Shown here one piece after another: positions 44,654 to 53,483 of a stretch of 64,000 nucleotides of DNA. This DNA comes from Clostridiales bacterium. GTDB taxonomy: Bacteria > Bacillota > Clostridia > Lachnospirales > WRAX01. The notes under the pieces were generated by a model that worked only from the letters and a program-made list of their open reading frames with translations, did not search any database and had not been told where the DNA came from. The stretch is from the NCBI GenBank assembly GCA_031265685.1, contig JAISCI010000028.1:31-64030 (forward strand), written 5' to 3'. Each line of letters begins with the position of its first letter. Within the stretch, counting starts at the first letter, position 1. Position numbers and translations under genes: made by a program.

Positions 44654-44692
44654 AGGGGTTCGCAAAATAAGTTGAGGGGGTTCGCAAAATAA
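44649..44692 (+). repeat. Tandem 22-bp direct repeat, two copies
   Basis: GTTGAAGGGGTTCGCAAAATAA followed by GTTGAGGGGGTTCGCAAAATAA. Confidence 0.9.
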
Positions 44693-44862
44693 AAGGGAAG
44701 AAATACCCGGTAGGCAAGATCGAATCGGCGCTTGATGAGTTTGGTTATTTTGGCAAAGTATTTTCTGGGGCATAAAATGCGACTTTATTTATTTTGCGGG
44801 AGGCAACGAAATGGCGACTAAGAGCGTTATGAAAATCGTTACAGTGCGGAGTGAACGCGCCA

Positions 44863-44952
44863 TGAATTTTCGCGGGTTCGAAGCATTATCGCTTGGACGA
44901 ATTTTGCTTGGATCCGCAAAATTCCATCACGCGATAATGCGATGCGAAAATT
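44863..44952. repeat. Three-stem nested palindrome (X/Y word family)
   Basis: GAATTTTCGC-GGGTTCGAA-GCATTATCG-7-GAATTTTGC-TTGGATCC-GCAAAATTC-7-CGATAATGC-GAT-GCGAAAATTG. Confidence 0.85.
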
Positions 44953-45113
44953 GCCTTACCAGACGCTTGCTGGGCGCGTTTGAGAACGGCGAGAAGAGGG
45001 CGGTTAGGCGGACTGAGTTAAGAGGTCCGGTTGTGGACGCAGGGCGCGAGGAGATAGGGCGGCTGTTGGGCGGGGCATGAGATTTGGACAACGATAAGAC
45101 AGCCACTCGATGA

Positions 45114-45284
45114 TTAATGAGTGGCTGTCGGCAGATCGTCGGTTAGCTTTCTGATCCCGCGCCGGATCGCCTCCGCACGGGTCACGCCGGTAAGCTTAAT
45201 GTAACTGCTGAGAGTATTCGCGTCATCCGCGCCTAAGCGGACGAGTACCGGTTTGCTTTTGGGGTCGCTGGTAGGACATCCCAT
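45114..45284 (-). CDS. Ribbon-helix-helix (CopG/Arc-like) small DNA-binding protein; not in the ORF track (56 aa)
   Basis: MGCPTSDPKSKPVLVRLGADDANTLSSYIKLTGVTRAEAIRRGIRKLTDDLPTATH shows a beta-strand / helix / helix pattern. The stop codon overlaps a 10-bp hairpin (ACAGCCACTC...GAGTGGCTGT). The start and RBS are uncertain. Confidence 0.45.
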   Translation of the reverse strand: MGCPTSDPKSKPVLVRLGADDANTLSSYIKLTGVTRAEAIRRGIRKLTDDLPTATH

Positions 45285-45429
45285 TTTTTCATAATTTCCA
45301 ATATAATTTCTCCTTGCAAAGTCGCAATGACCGCGTTATAATGATCTTGGTCTGTGGGGCGATGGTAAGCCCGCCCTAAGTTGTGCTTTAACGGCTTGGC
45401 ACTGTCTGGGCCGTTATTTGTTGTTTGTC

Positions 45430-45576
45430 CTACGCTTTGTGCGTGAGCCAATCCTTTATCCTATCGAACAGTTCCTCGAGATTTTTCGCATCGTGGATGG
45501 CTAACAGTACATCTTTATAAGCACTTTCCCGCGCTTGTTGCACCAATGCTTCGGTTTGATTCATATCGTCTTCCAT
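45430..45576 (-). CDS. Small hypothetical helical protein; not in the ORF track (48 aa)
   Basis: A GAGAGGTGA RBS is followed by ATG. The sequence is MEDDMNQTEALVQQARESAYKDVLLAIHDAKNLEELFDRIKDWLTHKA. It lies upstream of the RHH gene on the same strand. Confidence 0.4.
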   Translation of the reverse strand: MEDDMNQTEALVQQARESAYKDVLLAIHDAKNLEELFDRIKDWLTHKA

Positions 45577-45976
45577 ATGTTCACCTCTCTCGCCGCTTAC
45601 CCAGCTGATAGCGGTTATTTCCGCCTCTTACTTTCTTAGTATATACTTTTGTATCTCAAAAATCAAGTTTTTTAATCTGAACAAAAATTCCATTGATTCA
45701 GTTTGCATTTAAGTATGGCTGACAATTTCAGGCAATCGCCCGAAGCCACAGGAAGTTACGGCGGACAGACTGACAGTGTGTAAACCGTGTCGTTAACGTG
45801 TTACTAACGCCCACCACCGCAAGCCGCTTAACTTTGGCGGGGTTGGCGGGGGTGAAAATTAAGTGAATTGTGTTGTGTGATTTTTCGGGTAAGAAATACG
45901 ATTGGGGAAAATATTATAAAGGTGCTGAGGATCTATCGAAAATCTTTCACTCAATAAAATGATAAAAAACTAAATC

Positions 45977-46005
45977 TTGCAAAAAATCACCGAATGAGCT
46001 ATAAT
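45977..46005 (+). promoter_or_regulatory. Strong SigA-type promoter
   Basis: TTGCAA (45977-45982), exactly 17 nt of spacer, then TATAAT (46000-46005). The next convincing start codon on this strand is the TetR gene at 46423. Confidence 0.65.
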
Positions 46006-46422
46006 AGATTTATCGGTGAACAATATGCGCTAAGATCGCCGAACGGACAAAAGTCTCCCACGCAACGTCTCATTACTTGAAACAATCGGAGTGTTTATCC
46101 GTGGTTTCGTAGTGGATGAGAGCCGGCTGACTATGGAGATGTTGTTGTCTTATACGCTAATGCGGGTATGGGAATTATGGGATTTGATTCCATGCGCTAA
46201 AAAGTCCGCTAAAGTTCAAATGGCGGTAAAAAGGTGCGCTGAACGCGAAAACCCGCGCGCGGTTGCCGTAATAAAGTCCCGCTTGGCTTCGTTTTGTCAG
46301 TTAAAAAATGTTAACGGAGCAAAACATAGTTCGTGATATTATGAGCAATGGGCGCCGTCTTAAAAGGCGGGGCGTGACATAGAATATTATGGAATAATCG
46401 TCGATATGAGGAGCGTATCCCC

Positions 46423-46956
46423 ATGCCTGGTAATTTCAAAAAAGAGGATTTAAGGGTGGTAAAGACTAGAAAAGCGTTGTTCAACGCCCTGACAGCTCTT
46501 TTAGGACGTCGGACGTTCGCGAAGATTTCTGTTTTCGACATATGCGCGGAGGCGTTGGTCAGCCGCACCGCGTTCTACGCGCACTTTAAGGACAAATATG
46601 AATTGCTGGAACTATGGCTGAACGTCACGCGCGAACATGTGGCCAAAGAAATGGCGGACCTCTCGGTTACGGAGATAGGTATCCGCGCGTGCGCGCTGTT
46701 CCGGGAGCGTTTCAACATTATCGAGCGTCTGTTGAAAGATGCGGACAGGGAACAGATGAACATCATGCTGCGCTTCGTGGCGTCCAGTTGCGGACTGCTC
46801 GGCGGACAGGCGGTTGTGTCTAATTTTCTCGCGGGCGGCATCTTCTATGTGGTATACACCCAAACGCTTGAGAATCGAAACGCCTCGGACGAGGAAATAA
46901 TACTCGCGGTGTCGAACGTGTACCGCTTGACGCGCGCTATCGCGGATATGTCCTGA
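46423..46956 (+). CDS. TetR/AcrR-family transcriptional regulator
   Basis: A GAGGAG RBS is present. The N-terminal HTH is VVKTRKALFNALTALLGRRTFAKISVFDICAEALVSRTAFYAHFKDKYELL. Confidence 0.85.
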   Translation: MPGNFKKEDLRVVKTRKALFNALTALLGRRTFAKISVFDICAEALVSRTAFYAHFKDKYELLELWLNVTREHVAKEMADLSVTEIGIRACALFRERFNIIERLLKDADREQMNIMLRFVASSCGLLGGQAVVSNFLAGGIFYVVYTQTLENRNASDEEIILAVSNVYRLTRAIADMS

Positions 46957-46993
46957 AGAAGCGCGGCACCATTAATTTAAGGGGGAAACGAAC

Positions 46994-47896
46994 GTGGAGG
47001 AAAAAATTCGCCGCATTCTGGATGAGACGTCCGGAGCGCTTGGCAACCCTGTCGCTTTTTTCGACACCAGCTACCGTTTGCTGGCGCACACGGATAATCC
47101 CGTAGAGGACGATCCGATTTGGAACGAACTGATCCGCCTGGGTACGTTTTCTCACGAGACAGTTGATTTTTTCAACCGCGCCGGGTTCATTAAAGCCTAC
47201 GCCGAGTCCGAAACCATCGCGCTGATGCGTTCGGATGAGCTTGCGTATGACAGGATCAACGGCAAGATTTTCGACGAAAACGGCGTACAGATTGCCAATA
47301 TATCAATCGTGGCGTGCCAAAAGCCGTTTGAGGCGAAAGACTATGAGATAATCGAAGCCGCGTGCGAACGGATTGCGGAAGCGAACCGCGCCGGCGGCGA
47401 CGACCGCATAACCGAGCAGTTCTTCTCCGAAACATGGCTGATCGAATTGCTGGACGGCGGGCGCCCCGACGCTTTGCCGGACGCTATGACGAGAATTTCC
47501 GCGGGTTTGCGCGTCGCGGTCGTGGACGTATCCCAATATGAGCGCACCGTCACGCATCTGGCTTATTTCCGGGATACGTTCTCTAAACTCCGCTCCGATT
47601 TCTATTATTTCGTCTACCTTAACAGCGTCGTCATCATAATGAGCGGCGCGGATCAAACGGCGGCCGAACTGGAACTGGGAGCGCTCCGCGAATTTTTTGC
47701 TCAATACGATATTTACGCGGGCGTGAGCCAGCCGTTCCATAATATTCTGGAACTGCGAAAATACTATAAACAAGCTATACAAGCGCTGAACCGCGGCGCG
47801 GACGGCAATGCCGGCGGAAATATTTTCACGTACAAGTCGCGCGGAACGAAATCGGACAACCAAGCGGGAGTCGCGGAAAAGCCCGACGGCGTTTAG
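46994..47896 (+). CDS. PucR/CdaR-like regulator N-terminal and middle region without the C-terminal HTH, possibly truncated
   Basis: The start is GTG with an AAGGGGGA RBS. YAGVSQPFHNILELRKYYKQAIQAL resembles the GGDEF-like middle domain of PucR-family proteins. The ORF ends in a low-complexity tail with no HTH. Confidence 0.4.
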   Translation: MEEKIRRILDETSGALGNPVAFFDTSYRLLAHTDNPVEDDPIWNELIRLGTFSHETVDFFNRAGFIKAYAESETIALMRSDELAYDRINGKIFDENGVQIANISIVACQKPFEAKDYEIIEAACERIAEANRAGGDDRITEQFFSETWLIELLDGGRPDALPDAMTRISAGLRVAVVDVSQYERTVTHLAYFRDTFSKLRSDFYYFVYLNSVVIIMSGADQTAAELELGALREFFAQYDIYAGVSQPFHNILELRKYYKQAIQALNRGADGNAGGNIFTYKSRGTKSDNQAGVAEKPDGV

Positions 47897-48515
47897 GGCG
47901 TGTCGGCGCAATCACCCCGGCGAAATGGTTATACTCTGGCGCGGTCGGGGCGGACTCCCCGGCGGGTTTGCGCTCATATTCCAAACCGCTCCCTCATCGT
48001 ATTGTTGAGCAAAGCGCGCGCAAATTTCCGCGGTAAGTTTTGAGGGGACCTCTTCTATACGGTTCAGGGGATCCCCTCTTCCTTCGGTCGCCCGACCAGC
48101 ATGTCAAATACCGCTGACACAACTGATTATTGCGTGACAGAATTTCTGTAAGCCCTCATCAATATTGAGAAAATCTTTATTCATAAATGAGGTCTCATTC
48201 CCTTATCGGACGAACGAAAAAACACGCCATATATATGATTATTAATCGTACATATGGAACGCTTTTACTTGTTTGATAAAGATTTCCTTATACCGAGCCA
48301 AGGTTTACAGTGATGGCTGACTTGAAGCGCGCCGCGCTCTCATGCCTGGATACACGGCGAGTGAAAATCCTTCCATTTTTTATTGATCCTGGACAGCGCA
48401 TGTTAAAACATTAATTACCAGTATAAAACTACTATTAACTGTAAAAATTTATAAGGTGAAAGCGCGCGGGCATGAGGTTCCGCGCGCCAAAAAACAATAC
48501 TTGGGGGCTTGGGGA

Positions 48516-49292
48516 GTGTACGCGAACAAAGTCGAGATATGCGGCGTAAATACGTCGAAACTGCCCGTGCTAAAAAAGAATGAAAAAAAAGAGCTTTTCG
48601 ACCGCATAACCCAAGGCGACAGTGAAGCCCGGAAAGAATATATATACGGCAACCTGAGGCTCGTCCTCTCCGTTATCCAGAGGTTCAACAACCGCGGCGA
48701 ATATATTGACGACATATTCCAAGTGGGGTGTATCGGCCTGATCAAGGCCATAGACAATTTCGATACATCCCACGGCGTGCAGTTTTCGACATACGCCGTT
48801 CCGATGATAATCGGGGAGATCCGGCGTTACCTACGCGACAACAACGCCATACGCGTCAGCAGGTCGCTACGCGATACGGCGTACAAAGCGCTGGCCGCGA
48901 AAGAAAAGCTCACATCTAAGAACTCGAAGGAACCGACGATAGAGGAAATCGCCGCGGAACTCGGTCTGCCGAGGGAAGACGTGCTCTTCGCGCTGGACGC
49001 GATTCAGGATCCTATCTCGCTGTTTGAACCAGTCTATCACGACGGCAACGACGCGGTATTCGTCATGGATCAGGTGTCGGACGAGAAAAACTCGGATACG
49101 AGCTGGCTGGATAACATCTCCCTGTCCGAGGCGATGAAACGGTTGAACGACCGCGAGAAGCACATCCTCAACCTGCGGTTTTTCGAGGGCAAGACACAGA
49201 TGGAGGTCGCCGAGGAGATCGGCATATCCCAGGCACAGGTTTCGCGGCTGGAGAAGAGCGCCTTAAAAAATATGCGAAAATATATAGGGTAA
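48516..49292 (+). CDS. sigG: Sporulation (forespore) sigma factor SigG
   Basis: Translation from GTG 48516 gives NKVEICGVNTSKLPVLKKNEKKELF...GNLRLVLSVIQRFNNRGEYIDDIFQVGCIGLIKAIDNFD...TQMEVAEEIGISQAQVSRLEK. This is near-collinear with B. subtilis SigG. Confidence 0.9.
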   Translation: MYANKVEICGVNTSKLPVLKKNEKKELFDRITQGDSEARKEYIYGNLRLVLSVIQRFNNRGEYIDDIFQVGCIGLIKAIDNFDTSHGVQFSTYAVPMIIGEIRRYLRDNNAIRVSRSLRDTAYKALAAKEKLTSKNSKEPTIEEIAAELGLPREDVLFALDAIQDPISLFEPVYHDGNDAVFVMDQVSDEKNSDTSWLDNISLSEAMKRLNDREKHILNLRFFEGKTQMEVAEEIGISQAQVSRLEKSALKNMRKYIG

Positions 49293-49293
49293 A

Positions 49294-49312
49294 ACGGGCG
49301 CGTATCGCCCGT
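49294..49312. terminator. Short GC hairpin between the convergent sigG and 49318-49788 genes
   Basis: ACGGGCG-CGTAT-CGCCCGT, a 7-bp stem with weak U-runs. Confidence 0.4.
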
Positions 49313-49317
49313 CCGCT

Positions 49318-49788
49318 TTATCCCGCCGCAACCCCGATACTCCGCAAAAACCCCCGCGCAAACTCGTCCGCGGACCGCTCGGCCGCCCGGTCGAGCGAGA
49401 ACGTATGCTCGCTCGATCCCGCCGTGATCTGCGCGGCGCCGTCCTCATACACAATGTTGATGAAAAGCGAGGCGGCGTTCGGGTGGACTTCCGCCAACTT
49501 TTCTTTTGTCAGCGCGAAAACAATCTTCATATATTTCGGGGCGCCCCCCGCGCGCACTATCCCCAGAGCGATTGGCCGCGCGCGCGACCATTTGGTGGGT
49601 TCGCTCCGTACTGCGTCGGACTGATCTTTACCATCCGCGGGCGGCTGATCTTCGCCGCCTTCGATGAAGAACTTAGCGAACGATACCACCGTCGCCTGGC
49701 GCAGCTCGAAGGAATCAAACGCGTCCTCGCGCAGCAGCTTGTTCATCAACGCTTTTACGTCGGCTTTTGGAACGGCGGCGGCAATCAT
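49318..49788 (-). CDS. Hypothetical protein translationally coupled to iorB
   Basis: 156 aa, joined to the iorB stop codon by an ATGA overlap. I recognise no family. Confidence 0.55.
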   Translation of the reverse strand: MIAAAVPKADVKALMNKLLREDAFDSFELRQATVVSFAKFFIEGGEDQPPADGKDQSDAVRSEPTKWSRARPIALGIVRAGGAPKYMKIVFALTKEKLAEVHPNAASLFINIVYEDGAAQITAGSSEHTFSLDRAAERSADEFARGFLRSIGVAAG

Positions 49789-50369
49789 GACCCAACCGCG
49801 TATCCGGCTTCAAACGCGCGGATATTGACGTCCAAAAACCGCTTCGGCACGGACGCCTCGACGGCGGCCAGCCACTCCGCTTTCGAGAAGTCCGCGCGCC
49901 GCGCCGCGAGCAATCCGATCATGACGATGTTGGCGGCTTTCTGGCTGCCGCATTCGGCCGCGATCCCCGCCGCGTCCGCCTCGGCCACGTCGAAGCCCAA
50001 CGCGCGAAGCTTATCCGCTATACCCTCGGGATATTCCGCAACGCCAACCACGACGGGCATAGGGTCAACGCGGCGCGTATTCGTTATGACGGCGCCGCCG
50101 GGCTTTAGGAACGCCGCGCTTCGCAGCGCCTCAAGCGGCTCGAACGCCAAAACGAGATCCGCTCCGCCCAGACCGATGATAGGCGACGATACCGTCTGCC
50201 GCGAATATTTCACATACGTTACGACCGCGCCGCCGCGCTGGCTCATCCCGTGCACTTCCGAAACCTTCACGTCAAACCCGGCGGAGATGGCCGCGCCGCC
50301 CACTACGCGGCTGGCCAGAAGCGTACCCTGACCGCCGACACCCACGATCATTATGTTCGTCCCCGACAT
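49785..50369 (-). CDS. iorB: Indolepyruvate:ferredoxin oxidoreductase, beta subunit
   Basis: NIMIVGVGGQGTLLASRV...SEVHGMSQRGGAV, located downstream of iorA. Confidence 0.9.
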   Translation of the reverse strand: MSGTNIMIVGVGGQGTLLASRVVGGAAISAGFDVKVSEVHGMSQRGGAVVTYVKYSRQTVSSPIIGLGGADLVLAFEPLEALRSAAFLKPGGAVITNTRRVDPMPVVVGVAEYPEGIADKLRALGFDVAEADAAGIAAECGSQKAANIVMIGLLAARRADFSKAEWLAAVEASVPKRFLDVNIRAFEAGYAVGS

Positions 50370-50379
50370 TTCCCCGCTC

Positions 50380-52116
50380 CTACTCCACGCGCCCTATGGC
50401 GCCGAATTTGCACAGCCCCCGGCAGTAATCGCAGCCGACGCATTGCGCCGGATCTATGCGGGGCCGCCCGCTCCGCCGCGATATGGCCGGACAGCCCGAC
50501 CGTACGCAAGCGCCGCAATCGCGGCAATCTTCCGTTATGACACACTTGCCCGTGTACCTCACGCCTTTAAGCAGCGCGCACGGCCTCCGCGCGATGATGA
50601 CCGACGGCTCGTCGGCGTCCAGTTCGGCCTTGATCGCCGCCGCTGTCGCGCCGTCGTCGAACGGATCGACCACCGTGACGCGGTCAACGCCGACCGCGCG
50701 CACAAGCGCCTCCAAGTCGAGCTTTCGCGTCGGCTCGTTCCTCAGCGTCAGCCCGGTGGCCGGATTCTGCTGGTGGCCCGTCATGCCCGTAATCGAGTTG
50801 TCCAGTATGATAATCGTGGACGCGCCCTTGTTATACACTATATCGATCAGGCCGGTGATTCCGGAATGCAGGAACGTCGAGTCGCCGATGACGGCCACGG
50901 CTTTTTTCGAGAAATCGCGCCCGGCCGCCTTTTCCATGCCATGAGCCATCGAAACCGATCCGCCCATGCACAGGCACGTGTCGAGCGCGTTAAGCGGCGG
51001 CAGAGCGCCAAGAGTGTAGCACCCGATGTCGCCCAAAACAGTCAGCCGCATACGGCTGAGGACATTGAAAACGCCGCGGTGCGGGCATCCCGCGCACATG
51101 ACAGGCGGACGCCCCGGAATATTCTCCGGCGGATCCGCGCATACGGCGGGTTCTCCCAGTACAACCGCGCGTATCTCCTCGGATGTATACTCCCCGCACG
51201 GCGAAAAGTCCGTCTTGCCGCGAGCGGCTATTCCCATAGCCCGAACCTCGCGTTCAATAAATGGATCCAATTCCTCTATAATCCAAAGCTCTCCGACATT
51301 CGCGGCGAATTCGCGGATCAGGAGTTCCGGCAAGGGCCAGACCATACCCAATTTCAGGTAGCTGGCGCGTTCTCCGAGCGCTTCCCGGGCGTAGGCGTGC
51401 GCGATACCGGCGGCGATTATCCCGACGGATTTATCGTGGTACTCAATACGGTTAATATCCGCGCCCTCGGCGTACGCCATCGTGTCCGTCACGCGTTTTT
51501 CTACGACAAGATGGCGCAATTTAGCCATTCCGGGCATCATGACGTATTTCATGGGATCCTTCTTATACGCCTTACGTTCCACGCTTTCGCGTTCTCCCAA
51601 CTCAACCAAACTTTGGGAGTGAGACACGCGCGTGGATAGCCGCAGCAAAACTGGCGTGTCGAAGCGTTCGCTCAACTCGAAGGCCAGTTTTGTGAACGAC
51701 TTGCACTCGGCACTGTCCGCAGGCTCGAGCATCGGCAATTTAGCGGAACGCGCGTAATTGCGCGAATCCTGCTCGTTCTGACTCGAGTGCATCCCCGGAT
51801 CGTCCGCGACGACCAGCGCCAACCCGCCGTTCACTCCAGTATAACTTGCCGTGAAAACCGGGTCGGCGGCGACGTTCAGCCCCACGTGTTTCATGCATGT
51901 CATCGCGCGCGCGCCCGCGACCGAAGCGCCTATGGCGGTTTCAGCCGCCACTTTCTCATTCGGCGCCCACTCGGCGTAGAGTTCGGGATAGTCGGCGGCG
52001 CATTCGGTGATCTCCGTCGAGGGCGTCCCGGGGTAACTCGAGACGAACGCCGCGCCCGCCTCGTAGGCTCCGCGAGCCACGGCGGCGTTCCCGAGCATCA
52101 ATATCTTGCCGCTCAT
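50380..52116 (-). CDS. iorA: Indolepyruvate:ferredoxin oxidoreductase, alpha subunit
   Basis: 578 aa. GNAAVARGAYEAGAAFVSSYPGTPSTEI, a TPP-binding GDIGCYTLG...GDSTFLHSG, and a C-terminal 2x[4Fe-4S] region CxxCGxC...CxGCxxC. Confidence 0.9.
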   Translation of the reverse strand: MSGKILMLGNAAVARGAYEAGAAFVSSYPGTPSTEITECAADYPELYAEWAPNEKVAAETAIGASVAGARAMTCMKHVGLNVAADPVFTASYTGVNGGLALVVADDPGMHSSQNEQDSRNYARSAKLPMLEPADSAECKSFTKLAFELSERFDTPVLLRLSTRVSHSQSLVELGERESVERKAYKKDPMKYVMMPGMAKLRHLVVEKRVTDTMAYAEGADINRIEYHDKSVGIIAAGIAHAYAREALGERASYLKLGMVWPLPELLIREFAANVGELWIIEELDPFIEREVRAMGIAARGKTDFSPCGEYTSEEIRAVVLGEPAVCADPPENIPGRPPVMCAGCPHRGVFNVLSRMRLTVLGDIGCYTLGALPPLNALDTCLCMGGSVSMAHGMEKAAGRDFSKKAVAVIGDSTFLHSGITGLIDIVYNKGASTIIILDNSITGMTGHQQNPATGLTLRNEPTRKLDLEALVRAVGVDRVTVVDPFDDGATAAAIKAELDADEPSVIIARRPCALLKGVRYTGKCVITEDCRDCGACVRSGCPAISRRSGRPRIDPAQCVGCDYCRGLCKFGAIGRVE

Positions 52117-53408
52117 TCGCCGTTCCCCCTTAAATCCAGGACGCGCTTCGCCTTGCCCGCCGTCCGCTCAATCGATTTCGGCTCACGCAAGACGACGCGT
52201 ATATCCAAGCCCAACACTGAATGTATCTTTTCGCGCAGAGTCCGCTCAAGCGCCTCGAGTTCGGAATAACGTTCCAGCAACGCCGGGTCGTCCACTTCCA
52301 CGTGTACCTCCAGGTTGTCGAAGCGTCCTTTTTTTGTCACGACCAACTGATAGTATGGACTGATGTGCTCCATGCCGATTACGACGGACTCGACCTGACT
52401 AGGATACACGTTGACGCCCTTAATGATGAGCATGTCGTCGGTGCGCCCTTTCACCTTCGCCATGCGAAGGCTCGCGCGGCCGCATTCGCAACGCTCGGGG
52501 ATAAGCCGGGATATGTCGCGGGTACGGTACCTGAGAAGCGGCATACACTCCTTATTGATCGTCGTTATGACGAGTTCGCCCTCGGCACCCGGCGGCAGTA
52601 CCTCCAGCGTGTCCGGATCGATGATCTCACAGATGAAATTATCTTCATTAATATGCATTCCGCGCTTACACGGACATTCGCCGGATACGCCCGGGCCTCC
52701 TACCTCCGACAGCCCGTAATTTTCCAGTGCCAGCACTCCAAGCTTGCCCTCAATCTCGGCGTTCATCGAGAGCGTGTGCCCCTCCGCGCCAAGCAAACCG
52801 TATTTCAGCGTCAGATCGTCCTTAGACATTCCGTGCTCGGCCAGCGCGTCACCAAGGTGGATCGCGTAAGAAGGCGTCGCGATCAGCGTAGTGACGCCGA
52901 AATCCCTCATTATCATGAGTTGCTTCGCGGTGTTGCCCGACGAGATCGGGATCACCGCCGCGCCGACCCTCTCCAGCCCGTAATGCAAACCCAGCGCTCC
53001 TGTGAACAGGCCGTACCCGAACGATATTTGCGCGGTGTCGCGCTCGGTAACGCCCGCCATCGTTATGATGCGCGCCACGCATTCACTCCAGGAATCCAAG
53101 TCGGCGGCGGTATAGCCGACTACGGTCGGCTTGCCTGTAGTTCCGCTGGAGGCGTGTACGCGAACGACACGTTCTTTCGGTACAGCAAAAAATCCAAACG
53201 GATAGTTGTCACGCAGATCGGATTTCGTCGTAAAAGGCAATTTCCTCAAGTCGTCCGGAGTATGTATCACGTCCGAATCAAGCCGCTCGCGGTAGAACCG
53301 CACGCCGCCGGCATGCGCGACAGTAGCCTTCAGGCGCTCCAACTGTATCGACCGAATGTAATCCCGCGAACCCAATTCTATGCTTTCATTCCAAATTTTA
53401 TCGGACAT
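52113..53408 (-). CDS. paaK: Phenylacetate-CoA ligase family protein
   Basis: HASSGTTGKPTVVGYT is the AMP-binding motif. Length is 431 aa, and an ATGA overlap joins it to iorA. Confidence 0.85.
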   Translation of the reverse strand: MSDKIWNESIELGSRDYIRSIQLERLKATVAHAGGVRFYRERLDSDVIHTPDDLRKLPFTTKSDLRDNYPFGFFAVPKERVVRVHASSGTTGKPTVVGYTAADLDSWSECVARIITMAGVTERDTAQISFGYGLFTGALGLHYGLERVGAAVIPISSGNTAKQLMIMRDFGVTTLIATPSYAIHLGDALAEHGMSKDDLTLKYGLLGAEGHTLSMNAEIEGKLGVLALENYGLSEVGGPGVSGECPCKRGMHINEDNFICEIIDPDTLEVLPPGAEGELVITTINKECMPLLRYRTRDISRLIPERCECGRASLRMAKVKGRTDDMLIIKGVNVYPSQVESVVIGMEHISPYYQLVVTKKGRFDNLEVHVEVDDPALLERYSELEALERTLREKIHSVLGLDIRVVLREPKSIERTAGKAKRVLDLRGNGE

Positions 53409-53483
53409 TGCCCAGTCTCCTCATTCAAATCGGAGATTGGCATATCACCAATCTCCGAAATTCGAATCGTCATTCGGTTCGTG

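Noticed and set aside
44874-44884. GGTTCGAA T-loop-like motifs in the repeat linkers (also at 1348-1355 and elsewhere) as tRNA or tRNA-derived elements
   Set aside because: No acceptor, D or anticodon arm can be drawn around them. The motif is simply the palindromic TTCGAA core of the long linker.
46006-46422. A known riboswitch or T-box in the long leader upstream of the TetR gene
   Set aside because: I found none of the hallmark motifs for SAM, TPP, FMN, cobalamin B12-box, purine, glycine, lysine, preQ1, c-di-GMP/AMP or T-box sequences. It is left as an open finding rather than a call.
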